This document shows, in pieces, positions 19,111 to 27,749 of a DNA stretch of 36,302 nt. A program made the translations under genes and the position numbers. Within the stretch, counting starts at the first letter, position 1. Each line of letters opens with the position of its first letter. The DNA comes from a virus (lineage: Duplodnaviria > Caudoviricetes). The DNA is taken from positions 1 through 36,302 of IMG/VR virus record IMGVR_UViG_3300022179_000884. The stretch is one strand, 5' to 3'. Under the pieces are notes generated by a model that was not told the DNA's origin, ran no database searches, and saw nothing but the letters and a program-made list of their open reading frames with translations.

Positions 19111-20322
19111 ATGCCATCAACAATAGGTTTATATTCAGGCACATCAGCACCAGAAGTTGCAGGCACTAACACTACTAGTTTGTATGGTGGTGGTGGTGTG
19201 CCAGTGCCTGGTGCTAATGGCAATACAGTAGTTCGTGGCGACCTAACAGTTACAGGCAATGCCACAGTTCAAGGTGAACTCACAGTAGGTGATGATCTCT
19301 GCGTAGAAGGCGATCTTATTACTCTGCGTTGCAATGCAACTACCATTGGCGATGCCACAATTGAAGTAGAACGAGGCGCCAGCACCAATGCCACAATTGG
19401 CTGGCAAGAATCAGACACTCGTTGGCACTATAACTTTGGTATCACAGCACCTAGTTTGTATGCTGATGATGTGGTAGTAAGTCCACCAGGTGATCCTAAT
19501 GTTATTTCTACACTATCAGGTTCAGGTGCAGACTTACGCCTAGATGCTGACACTGATCAATTGCGTATTGCCGCAACTACTACACTATACAATGCCGGAC
19601 CGATTCTAAAATGGTCAGAATCCAGCAACAGAGCCAACAGAATGAAATTTCAAAGTAATAGTGGTTCTAGTTCAGGTATACAAATTATTGCACCTTCAAC
19701 TGCTACACCAGGCAGCGAAGCAGGTAGAGTCAGTGTATTCAACAGTGATGACATCAACAATGGCACTTTTCTTGGTTTCCAAAGTCTAGGTTCTACTATA
19801 GGTGGCACAACACCATTGCGTATTGCCTCAGGCACATATACAGGTGGCACACTAGGTCCTAGTGGTCAAAGCATTAGTTTTGTTGATGATACCACAACTT
19901 ATGCTACTGTCAATCCTGCAGGTCCCAGTGCTTCAACTGACCTTGTAACTGTTGCATATCTCACAGGTGGCTCATTTGTATTCACTCAAGTCAACATTGA
20001 CAACAGAGTCTACTTGGATTCTACACAACTTGTAACATCTACAACCGCAGCCAATCAAACCTTAGATTCTTTTGCGGCTGCAACATATCGTAGTGCCAAA
20101 TATCAAATTAGTATCTCATCAGGCTCAAGTGTGCATGTTATGGAAGTATTGGTCATGCACGATGGAACCACAGCCTATCAAACAGTTTATGCTGACATGT
20201 ATAGTGGTGCCAGCCTAACTACACTAAACACAACCATCTCAGGTGGCAATGTGTTGCTAAGAGTCACACCAACTAATGCTGTGACAACCTACAAAGTCAG
20301 CAGAACACTGATTGTAGTCTAA
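19111..20322 (+). CDS. Tail fibre / tail-associated protein
   Basis: IEVERG...W.ES..RW segment and C-terminal LDSF....YRSAKY...EVLVMHDGT domain seen in phage tail proteins. Confidence 0.7.
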   Translation: MPSTIGLYSGTSAPEVAGTNTTSLYGGGGVPVPGANGNTVVRGDLTVTGNATVQGELTVGDDLCVEGDLITLRCNATTIGDATIEVERGASTNATIGWQESDTRWHYNFGITAPSLYADDVVVSPPGDPNVISTLSGSGADLRLDADTDQLRIAATTTLYNAGPILKWSESSNRANRMKFQSNSGSSSGIQIIAPSTATPGSEAGRVSVFNSDDINNGTFLGFQSLGSTIGGTTPLRIASGTYTGGTLGPSGQSISFVDDTTTYATVNPAGPSASTDLVTVAYLTGGSFVFTQVNIDNRVYLDSTQLVTSTTAANQTLDSFAAATYRSAKYQISISSGSSVHVMEVLVMHDGTTAYQTVYADMYSGASLTTLNTTISGGNVLLRVTPTNAVTTYKVSRTLIVV

Positions 20323-20346
20323 CATAACCTATGGGGACAATGAACC

Positions 20347-23300
20347 ATGTCAGATAAAAATTTTAGAGTCCGTCACGGATTAGAAGTAGACGGTCCTGCT
20401 ACTATAGCAGGCACAGCCACAGCCGATGGTGCAGACATTGGCAATATCACTGTTGCCGTAACAGATGATAACACCATTACAACTACTTCAGGCAATCTTG
20501 CAATTACTGCGGCTGCAGGTAGTGCAGTTACAATTACAAGTGAAAATACTGCACCAACTACTATCTCAAGAAATACCACTTCTAACAATGTCACTGTTAG
20601 ATCATTGTCATTGGATGTTCAAAGTTCAGGCACACCTGCTGTGGGTTTTGGTAACACACTAGATTGGCAAGTTGAAGCACAGCCAGGCAACACTGAACGA
20701 GGAGGTTTTATTGCTGTAAACCTCACTGACATTACTCCAGGCAGTGAAGATTTTGAAATGCGGTTTGGCCTCATGGAAAATGGTGCCGCATACGCTACCA
20801 AGATGTCTTTGGACAGCACAGGTAGTTTGGACCTTGACAACAACCTAACTGTTGGTGGCACCACTGTTGGCCTAGCACAAGGCACTACCATTGAATACAG
20901 TGAAAATAACAATAGACTAAATCGTCCTATAGTAAAATCTACTAGTGGCAATACCAGTGGTCTTCGTATTGAAGCACCCAACGCCACTGCCAGTGCCGTT
21001 GCTGTTTCAAGTGTATTCAACACCAATGATCCTGACAATGGCAAATTCATCAACATTAGAGCCGATGGCTCAGCAGGTCCTATCAGCATTCGCACAGGCC
21101 AATATGTTGCTGGCGTGTTTGGTGCGTCAGGCAACAGCATTGACATTTACGATGGCAACACCAAATATGCTACAATCAATCCTGCAGGTCCTACTATCAC
21201 CACAGACCTTGTAGACAAGGCCTATGTAGACGCTTTACCAGCCAACATTACCTACACCATTGATGCATCAAGCACCACAGGTGGTGCTAACTTCAACTTG
21301 GTAGGTAGTGATGCCACAACAGACACCATCAAGTTTAGTGGTTCTGGTGCTACCACTGTTACACAAACCAGTGCCAACGAAATTACTATTTCTAGCACTG
21401 ATGATGACACAACCTATACCATTGATGCTAGTTCTACCACAGGTGGTGCTAACTTCAACTTGGTAGGATCTGATGCTACGACAGATACTATCAAGTTTGC
21501 AGGATCAGGTGCTACCACTGTTACACAAACCAGTGCCAACGAAATCACTATTTCCAGCACCGACAACAACACAACCTATACCATTGATGCATCAAGCACC
21601 ACAGGTGGTGCTAACCTAAACTTGGTTGGTTCAGATTCTACTACAGATACTGTAAAATTTGCATCAGGCACAGGTGTTACTGTAAGCCAAACTAGTGCCA
21701 ATGAAATGAGCATTGCAATTGGTCAAGCAGTGGGCACAGGGGATTCGCCAAGTTTCTTAGGTGTCACAGCCGGTAATCTCACAGTGGGCGTTGCCACAGA
21801 CAATACCATTGCTTCTACCAACACCAACGGCAATATTGTGTTGACACCTAATGGCACAGGTGTTGCAATATTTGACAGCATCACAAGATTGCGTGGTGAA
21901 AGCCAAGCAACAACCAACAACAGTTATGTATTTCCTGCTAGTGCGTTGACTTCTGTAACAGACAACAACGGTTATTCAGCAGCCTCAAGTTTTGGCACCA
22001 CAGGCAATGGCTATCAAGCCAACGCACAATACATCAATTATACTGCTGATACTAGAGCAGGCTCTAACGCAGCCGCATCATTGAACTTTAGACAAGCCAA
22101 CGGCAACTCAGTTGCAGGCGTAAACATTCCTTGGACTGGCGTCAATTCAGTGGCTGCTTCGGCCTCACTAACAAACGATGTGCTGGGAACTTCTAACTAC
22201 AACGGTTATGCTACCACAGGTTTTACCAATGATATTGCTACCATGTATCAAGGTGGTGGCATTGCCACCAGCCACATAGCCCAAATTCAAGGTTTTGCCG
22301 CAGAAAACATAGCCGACGGCACTAAAACACTTACAAGTGCAGACATCACAGCAGTGGCTTCAAGTTTCCGTGCCGCATTAGGTGCACCGCAGGTTACTGG
22401 CACAAAAGGTCAAATCAGTTTCAACGCAACAACTCCAGGTGTAGGTAATGCCGTTCGTGTTACAGGAACACTTACAGGAACTGCCACAGGTATTGTGTCA
22501 GGCAACACTTATTATATTATTGTTACCAACGGTTCAACTACAGCAACACTATCAGACACACCTAATGGTCAACCTATTACTACCACTGCTGGCACACTTA
22601 CTGGTCTAACGCTAACACGATGCGGTGTGACATTTACCATTGCAAACCAAACTAGTTTCCCATTTGGTCGTAATGCACTGGTCACAGTTTCAGGTGTAAA
22701 CAATGTCACAGATGGCACTTATCCAGTAGGCGGTGCTGTCACAAGTTTGACATCAATTAGTTTAGGTATTCCGCACACGGTGGCACCTACATTGTCAGGC
22801 ACACAACAATTTACTTGTCCTACAGTGACCAATGCTGGTGGCGGATGGAGAGTGCGTTCTAATGTATTGGCTACCCCACTAAATCCTTCCAACAGATTAG
22901 AATTAGTCAACCACACAGCCGCAAGTGCAACTTACAGAGCAGATTCTTTTGTTGTTGCTGGCGGTGCTTATGCCAACACAGGCGCCACATATTTGACTCT
23001 AAACAACACTGATGCTACATTTACCAAACCCATCAAATGGTCAGGCAGCACCAGTGGCACAGTTCAAATTTCAGCACCAGCAGTGGCAGGCACACAGACC
23101 TATACATTGCCCACAGCACAACCCACTGCTAACAACCAAGTATTGGTCAGCACAACAGGTGGTGTAATGAGTTGGGTCAGCACCAACAGTTTGGCAGCCA
23201 ACTATTTGGATGCTAACTGGACAACTGCTATTGGCACACTCACAGCCAATACAATCTATGGATTGCCCGTAGCCAGTATCAGTGCCACAAACATTACTAT

Positions 23301-23700
23301 TGCCACAGGTGCCATTGCCATTGACAATGCCACAGCAACTGGACCAACAAGAATCACATTCAGCCAAACTGGTAGATACAACCTACAGTTTAGTATTCAG
23401 TTGGCCAATACACACAGTGCTGAAGAAGACTTTGATCTTTGGTTGCGTAAAAACACAGTAGATGTTGCTGATTCAAACACACAGATCACTGTGGTCAAAC
23501 AACAAGGTGGCAATCCAGGCAAAAACATCATGGCATTGAATCTGTTATTGAATGTTACTTCAGTGGGTGATTACTATGAATTGGTCTATGCCACAACCAA
23601 TGCTGGTTGTAAGCCAGAAACCATTGCGGCAATTACAACGCCATATGTAAGACCAAGAACACCTGCAGTTATTGTTACAGTTGTTCCAATAGGAGCATAA
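20347..23700 (+). CDS. Long tail fibre / receptor-binding protein
   Basis: 1117 aa Thr/Gly/Ser-rich, internal repeats, C-terminal jelly-roll-like GRYNLQFSIQL...WLRKN domain. Confidence 0.8.
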   Translation: MSDKNFRVRHGLEVDGPATIAGTATADGADIGNITVAVTDDNTITTTSGNLAITAAAGSAVTITSENTAPTTISRNTTSNNVTVRSLSLDVQSSGTPAVGFGNTLDWQVEAQPGNTERGGFIAVNLTDITPGSEDFEMRFGLMENGAAYATKMSLDSTGSLDLDNNLTVGGTTVGLAQGTTIEYSENNNRLNRPIVKSTSGNTSGLRIEAPNATASAVAVSSVFNTNDPDNGKFINIRADGSAGPISIRTGQYVAGVFGASGNSIDIYDGNTKYATINPAGPTITTDLVDKAYVDALPANITYTIDASSTTGGANFNLVGSDATTDTIKFSGSGATTVTQTSANEITISSTDDDTTYTIDASSTTGGANFNLVGSDATTDTIKFAGSGATTVTQTSANEITISSTDNNTTYTIDASSTTGGANLNLVGSDSTTDTVKFASGTGVTVSQTSANEMSIAIGQAVGTGDSPSFLGVTAGNLTVGVATDNTIASTNTNGNIVLTPNGTGVAIFDSITRLRGESQATTNNSYVFPASALTSVTDNNGYSAASSFGTTGNGYQANAQYINYTADTRAGSNAAASLNFRQANGNSVAGVNIPWTGVNSVAASASLTNDVLGTSNYNGYATTGFTNDIATMYQGGGIATSHIAQIQGFAAENIADGTKTLTSADITAVASSFRAALGAPQVTGTKGQISFNATTPGVGNAVRVTGTLTGTATGIVSGNTYYIIVTNGSTTATLSDTPNGQPITTTAGTLTGLTLTRCGVTFTIANQTSFPFGRNALVTVSGVNNVTDGTYPVGGAVTSLTSISLGIPHTVAPTLSGTQQFTCPTVTNAGGGWRVRSNVLATPLNPSNRLELVNHTAASATYRADSFVVAGGAYANTGATYLTLNNTDATFTKPIKWSGSTSGTVQISAPAVAGTQTYTLPTAQPTANNQVLVSTTGGVMSWVSTNSLAANYLDANWTTAIGTLTANTIYGLPVASISATNITIATGAIAIDNATATGPTRITFSQTGRYNLQFSIQLANTHSAEEDFDLWLRKNTVDVADSNTQITVVKQQGGNPGKNIMALNLLLNVTSVGDYYELVYATTNAGCKPETIAAITTPYVRPRTPAVIVTVVPIGA
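21250..21720 (+). repeat. Three tandem 162-nt (54-aa) repeats in the tail fibre
   Basis: Units start at 21250, 21412 and 21574 (TYTIDASSTTGGANFNLVGSDATTDTIKF...). Confidence 0.9.
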
Positions 23701-23711
23701 AGGAGACCGTG

Positions 23712-23918
23712 ATGGCCATCAAAATCAAATTGGTTCGTGACAATGAACCTGTGTTTTTTTACCGTGAATCGCACGATCAAATGCTTGAACACGACCGTGA
23801 TACCAGCAACTTGGTAATTGATCCAGAACAACTGTGGATCAAACGAGCCATACAGCAATTACAAGCAGAAATTAGAAATCAAGAAATTGCAGAACTAAGG
23901 AAACGATACAACTTATGA
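23712..23918 (+). CDS. Hypothetical protein
   Basis: AAGGAG RBS, overlaps the next start (ATGA). Confidence 0.7.
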   Translation: MAIKIKLVRDNEPVFFYRESHDQMLEHDRDTSNLVIDPEQLWIKRAIQQLQAEIRNQEIAELRKRYNL

Positions 23919-24196
23919 GCACGGAACGAGACAGCCTGGAGATACATGTGGACTTATGCGAACTCAGATATAAACAACTAGAGGATCGCATGACTCGTGT
24001 TGAAACCAAGGTCACAGAGATCAATGTGGACCTACAAGATTTCAAAGGCGAGATGCGTCAAAGTTTTGATGAAGTCAAAGCCATGTTGATAGATGCCAAA
24101 GATCACAAGTTCAACACCTTGGTGGCCACTGCTGGTGGTGTTGTTGTGGCACTCTTGGGCATGCTGGGCTACATCATCACTCACTTGCCAAAATAA
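23915..24196 (+). CDS. Coiled-coil protein with one C-terminal transmembrane helix (XhlA/holin-like)
   Basis: HVDLCELRY coiled coil followed by LVATAGGVVVALLGMLGYII. Confidence 0.65.
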   Translation: MSTERDSLEIHVDLCELRYKQLEDRMTRVETKVTEINVDLQDFKGEMRQSFDEVKAMLIDAKDHKFNTLVATAGGVVVALLGMLGYIITHLPK

Positions 24197-24236
24197 ACGG
24201 TAGATCCAGACCCCAGACCATTTCATACATATCTGT

Positions 24237-24926
24237 ATGAAAGAAAATAACTGGGAACATGTAGGACACAATATCTATTACGGATCTAACACCGTGTTAG
24301 GATCTCCACGCGGATGGCTGCAACGAGCCATCGGACACAATCAACCTGATCTAAACATACACGAAACTAGTCTTGATCCTAAGAAGATTAGTGTGGCAGG
24401 CATTTGGCGCAGAACACAAAACTTACCCAACACAGGCACATGGCCTGCACTCTATAGATTTTTTCAAATCACAGATAACCTACGCAAGATTGGTCGTGCA
24501 AAGCCTGAAGAATTTTATTCTGTGATAGGCATGGCAGTGGCTGTGCCAGCAGATCAAGTGTTCAGTGTATATCAAGAGTTTCGTCGTAGTGCTGATTGGG
24601 TATGGATGAACTTCCCACAAGAGTCCTCAAAACCAGGACGAACTGTGCGTGACCTTGACCACAGTTATCTATACACCTTTTTTGACCGCGGATTCACAGC
24701 ACGACAAGTTAGTGAAGAACTTGATCTAAGTGTGCAAAGTGTTGTGTATGTGTATAAGAAATGGCAAGCAGGTAAATCACCTACCCAGAAACGCCGTAAG
24801 AACATTGATCATGAATCTGTAGCACAGGACATTAGATTGGGCCACAACATCATGGACATTGCTCGACGCTATGATGTGTCTAGAACTGTGATTTACAATG
24901 TAAAGAAGAAGTTTGAAATAACATAA
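24237..24926 (+). CDS. DNA-binding protein with two tandem C-terminal HTH motifs
   Basis: GFTARQVSEELDLSVQSVVYV and GHNIMDIARRYDVSRTVIYNV. No RBS, but ATACATA (24225-24231) lies 5 nt before the ATG. Confidence 0.7.
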   Translation: MKENNWEHVGHNIYYGSNTVLGSPRGWLQRAIGHNQPDLNIHETSLDPKKISVAGIWRRTQNLPNTGTWPALYRFFQITDNLRKIGRAKPEEFYSVIGMAVAVPADQVFSVYQEFRRSADWVWMNFPQESSKPGRTVRDLDHSYLYTFFDRGFTARQVSEELDLSVQSVVYVYKKWQAGKSPTQKRRKNIDHESVAQDIRLGHNIMDIARRYDVSRTVIYNVKKKFEIT

Positions 24927-25110
24927 AAATAATAAGGCCCTTTTGTAGACTCAATATGGCCAAAAAGTCCACGGTAAACTGATGATCAGTCAGCACAGGC
25001 CCTACTACCGGATCAGAATAGGGAGAGGATAACTGCCCTAAGCGCAACACAAATCGGAGAATTTCTAATGGCTCCTGATCCTAACGCCGGACATTGCATC
25101 CTGCGCTGAC
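24927..25110 (-). ncRNA. Candidate structured small RNA
   Basis: Nested stems 25110-25100/24999-24989 and 25081-25073/25018-25010 whose mismatches are G-U only on the minus strand. CTAAATA on minus at 25119-25113 and a U-rich tail near 24927-24935. Confidence 0.6.
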
Positions 25111-25164
25111 AATATTTAGCGGTGCTGTTGGAGCAAAAACGCCGTTTTTACCCCATTCGAGCAC

Positions 25165-25193
25165 TTGATTTTGCCAGCGATCATAAGTATAAT
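25165..25193 (+). promoter_or_regulatory. sigma70-type early promoter
   Basis: TTGATT-17nt-TATAAT. Confidence 0.8.
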
Positions 25194-25236
25194 TACAACA
25201 GCAGCCAGTGATCAAGGCTCATGAAAGGATAAAGCA

Positions 25237-25752
25237 ATGACAGTATATTACGGTAAGTGGGAAACGCAAAACCCACAAACAACAGCACAAGGCAGGCCCA
25301 AACTAGGCATGGAAGGCAGGCCCTTGCAAACAAGATATTTGAAATCAGTGAAGCCAGCAGATCTCAAAGTCATGCGTGAACGCATGACAGAAATCTCTGG
25401 TCAGATCCAACAATGGGGTCGTGAAATGGGATGGACAGATACTGAAGCATTGTTGGGGGTTACAAGACCTTTGCCCTGCATTGGCAACGATCCTAAAGCC
25501 TATACACTAGAACAAATGACCCGTGATATACTCACACACTTGGCTAATCGCAGACCCGGTGGTCGTCCACATGACCTTACACGCAGTTTTATTGACCGTC
25601 ACAATTGGTTGGTAGGTGCTTGGGTTCGTGCTTTGCTAGAATGGGATCCAGAACAAGACCCTACAGCATTTGAACCTTGGCTCATTGAAATCCGTGATGC
25701 CGACACAGAACAAGACTGGCGTGAGCAAGAACTTAGGAGTCTATTTTCGTGA
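25237..25752 (+). CDS. Hypothetical early protein
   Basis: AAAGGA RBS downstream of the sigma70 promoter. Confidence 0.75.
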   Translation: MTVYYGKWETQNPQTTAQGRPKLGMEGRPLQTRYLKSVKPADLKVMRERMTEISGQIQQWGREMGWTDTEALLGVTRPLPCIGNDPKAYTLEQMTRDILTHLANRRPGGRPHDLTRSFIDRHNWLVGAWVRALLEWDPEQDPTAFEPWLIEIRDADTEQDWREQELRSLFS

Positions 25753-26015
25753 CAGCAAGTTATTGGGTCATGCCTAGAGATCCAGGATTAGATCCAGCAC
25801 GGTTGCTGAGCATGACCGTCAATCAAGCCCACAGGCGTTGGCGTGTGGAAAACTATCCTGCTACACAGTTTCACACTCGAACTGAAGCAGAAGAATATGC
25901 TGTCTTGTGCCGTTGTGCAGGACTTGAAGCAAAGATAGTGCCATCAGCACATGTGCTAGATGAAAGGGCCTCGGCTGAATATAGAACGGCTAACCCCGGT
26001 GACAGCAATCAATAA
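25749..26015 (+). CDS. Hypothetical early protein
   Basis: AGGAG RBS, GTGA start/stop overlap. Confidence 0.65.
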   Translation: MTASYWVMPRDPGLDPARLLSMTVNQAHRRWRVENYPATQFHTRTEAEEYAVLCRCAGLEAKIVPSAHVLDERASAEYRTANPGDSNQ

Positions 26016-26018
26016 ATA
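26012..26018 (+). promoter_or_regulatory. Late promoter core ATAAATA
   Basis: Upstream of the GGAG RBS and ATG 26034. Confidence 0.6.
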
Positions 26019-26033
26019 ACACTGGAGATTCAA

Positions 26034-26303
26034 ATGGCACAAAAAAGAGATTGGACCAAACACAACTACAAAAAACTTAGAAGTGAGTTTTTGAGTGAAC
26101 AGCCAGTGGGCGGATCTCGTCACCAATTTTACAAAAACAACAACCTTTGGACATTACCAGGCAAATATCAAGGCACACATATCCACAACCTTCCACTACA
26201 CTATCTTTCATGGCTCATTGATAATTTCCGTGACGGCGAAGCAAAACAACAAGCAGTTGACGAATTACTTCGTCGTTACCAAACATTAGATTCTAACACA
26301 TAA
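26034..26303 (+). CDS. Small protein with DUF3820/exonuclease-X C-terminal-like motif
   Basis: PGKYQG..I..LP..YLSWL motif. Confidence 0.7.
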   Translation: MAQKRDWTKHNYKKLRSEFLSEQPVGGSRHQFYKNNNLWTLPGKYQGTHIHNLPLHYLSWLIDNFRDGEAKQQAVDELLRRYQTLDSNT

Positions 26304-26640
26304 GGTTGGTGGGCCAGTTTGTAATACCACTGTGAAAGGGCGGCGTAGAAAACCGCACACAAAACACACTGAGTGAAATCCCTTAGGATGTAAGTTAGTG
26401 TAGAGTGAATGTTAGCACTCGGACAACCGTGCTATAAAAACTCAAGCATCAGGGACGAGGCTTGGGGTAGTGATAGAAATATCATGATGTCGTGATAGGT
26501 TGGGAAAGCACAGAGCCCAATAGCATATACGGTAAAATACCTATTCCCTAGACAGGCGAGGAAACTCATCATGATGTCGACAAAGAGGGGGCTTGCGTAA
26601 GTCCCTTCTTGGCTCAAAAGCCTTTCATGATATCTCTAAA
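26304..26640 (+). ncRNA. Candidate large structured non-coding RNA
   Basis: About ten stems in a gene-free interval, two GAAA tetraloops, G-U pairs favouring the plus strand. Confidence 0.6.
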
Positions 26641-26672
26641 GACTACTATTTCTCCGTAAAAAAGATACCCAT

Positions 26673-26723
26673 AAACAGGGCTGACGAAGTTGCCCTGTTT
26701 TGACAGATGCGTAGCAGATGTCA
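26673..26723 (+). other. Two adjacent hairpins with C-GNA-G triloops; the first may also act as a terminator
   Basis: AAACAGGGC-T-GAC-GAA-GTT-GCCCTGTTT and TGACA-GA-TGC-GTA-GCA-GA-TGTCA. Confidence 0.65.
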
Positions 26724-26778
26724 TTGATCCTCTTGGAATCTGTTGCTGAAATACAACACCAAATTGTTCCTAAAAAGG

Positions 26779-26807
26779 TTGACTTCATCTAGGACTACAA
26801 GTATAAT
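26779..26807 (+). promoter_or_regulatory. sigma70-type early promoter
   Basis: TTGACT-17nt-TATAAT, with a TGTTG-N8-CAACA palindrome at 26741-26758 upstream. Confidence 0.85.
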
Positions 26808-26852
26808 TACTACATGAACAGCAATAGTGCTAGTTCAAAATTGGAGAATTAT

Positions 26853-27749
26853 ATGACACAAAAGTCCTTGAAAAATATTGGCCAAGCCTTTGACCAAGAT
26901 CAACTACATGCCATTGCCAAAGGCAAGACCAAGCATGATATTCTAAAGAATACCATCAATGAAGCCTTGTTCAACAACCCATTCAATTCAAACTTTTTAT
27001 TGAGCAGTCCTCCTGGCCTAGCAAAAAGTTATGAAACTGAACAGGCTCTTACACGATTGCAAGCACAAAACACACACTCTGAACCTGTGATAATTCAAGG
27101 TAGTGCTGGCATGACAGCATTTACTATTGACATAGCCACAGCAGTATATGTCAGTGGGGGCCGCCCAGTTACTGTGGTTCTTGATGACTGTGACATGCTG
27201 TTTGAAGACAAGAATCTCAACACCACTAAGAAAATGTTTGATGATACTCGAGCACTCAAATACAACAAAAACTTTAGGGCTTTACGGTCTCTTTGCACTG
27301 ACCTGCAATTTGAAGCCTTAGAAAGTTTTTCAAGTCCAGACCGGGCTGGCTTTAGTGTGCCATTGAAAACAGTGACTTTTCTAATTCTAACCAATCGTTA
27401 TTTTCCCACCATCAACGATGTAGAAAGTCAAGAAGGTGGCACTCGCAAAGAAGCCAAATACACTGATCTACATGCTATTCGTCGTAGAACTGAAGGTGAA
27501 ACCATTACCATGGACACAGACACATTGTGGGGTTATGTTGCCAATATTGTGTTGAACGCAAAGATCTGTGAAAAATTCAATCCTGTTGTTACACCGCAGG
27601 AAAAGATTCAAATCTTAGAATGGTTGCATGCTCGTTGGGACCGTGTCACTGAACGCAACTTGAGTCTAGTAGAAAAGATGACCAAGGACATGGTGCGTTA
27701 TCCTGCAGGCTACAAAGACATTTGGACCAAATATCTGGAGGTCAAATAA
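26853..27749 (+). CDS. AAA+ / P-loop ATPase (alternative leaderless start at 26814)
   Basis: Walker A variant SPPGLAKS, Walker B VVLDDCD, sensor-1 ILTN, arginine finger AIRRR, GGAG RBS before 26853. Confidence 0.8.
   Translation: MTQKSLKNIGQAFDQDQLHAIAKGKTKHDILKNTINEALFNNPFNSNFLLSSPPGLAKSYETEQALTRLQAQNTHSEPVIIQGSAGMTAFTIDIATAVYVSGGRPVTVVLDDCDMLFEDKNLNTTKKMFDDTRALKYNKNFRALRSLCTDLQFEALESFSSPDRAGFSVPLKTVTFLILTNRYFPTINDVESQEGGTRKEAKYTDLHAIRRRTEGETITMDTDTLWGYVANIVLNAKICEKFNPVVTPQEKIQILEWLHARWDRVTERNLSLVEKMTKDMVRYPAGYKDIWTKYLEVK

Noticed and set aside
20619-21146. 175-aa minus-strand ORF
   Set aside because: Antisense to the tail fibre, with no promoter or RBS support
21250-21720. Diversity-generating retroelement TR/VR pair
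   Set aside because: Tandem in-frame repeats with synonymous, not adenine-specific, differences and no reverse transcriptase gene
26432-26617. 61-aa minus-strand ORF
   Set aside because: No RBS, and it lies within the structured element whose G-U pairs favour the plus strand
26304-26723. Group I/II intron, tRNA, tmRNA or retron msr-msd
   Set aside because: It interrupts no gene, I see no P7 core, domain V or T-loop motif, and the genome has no RT. A known class cannot be fully excluded without cmscan.
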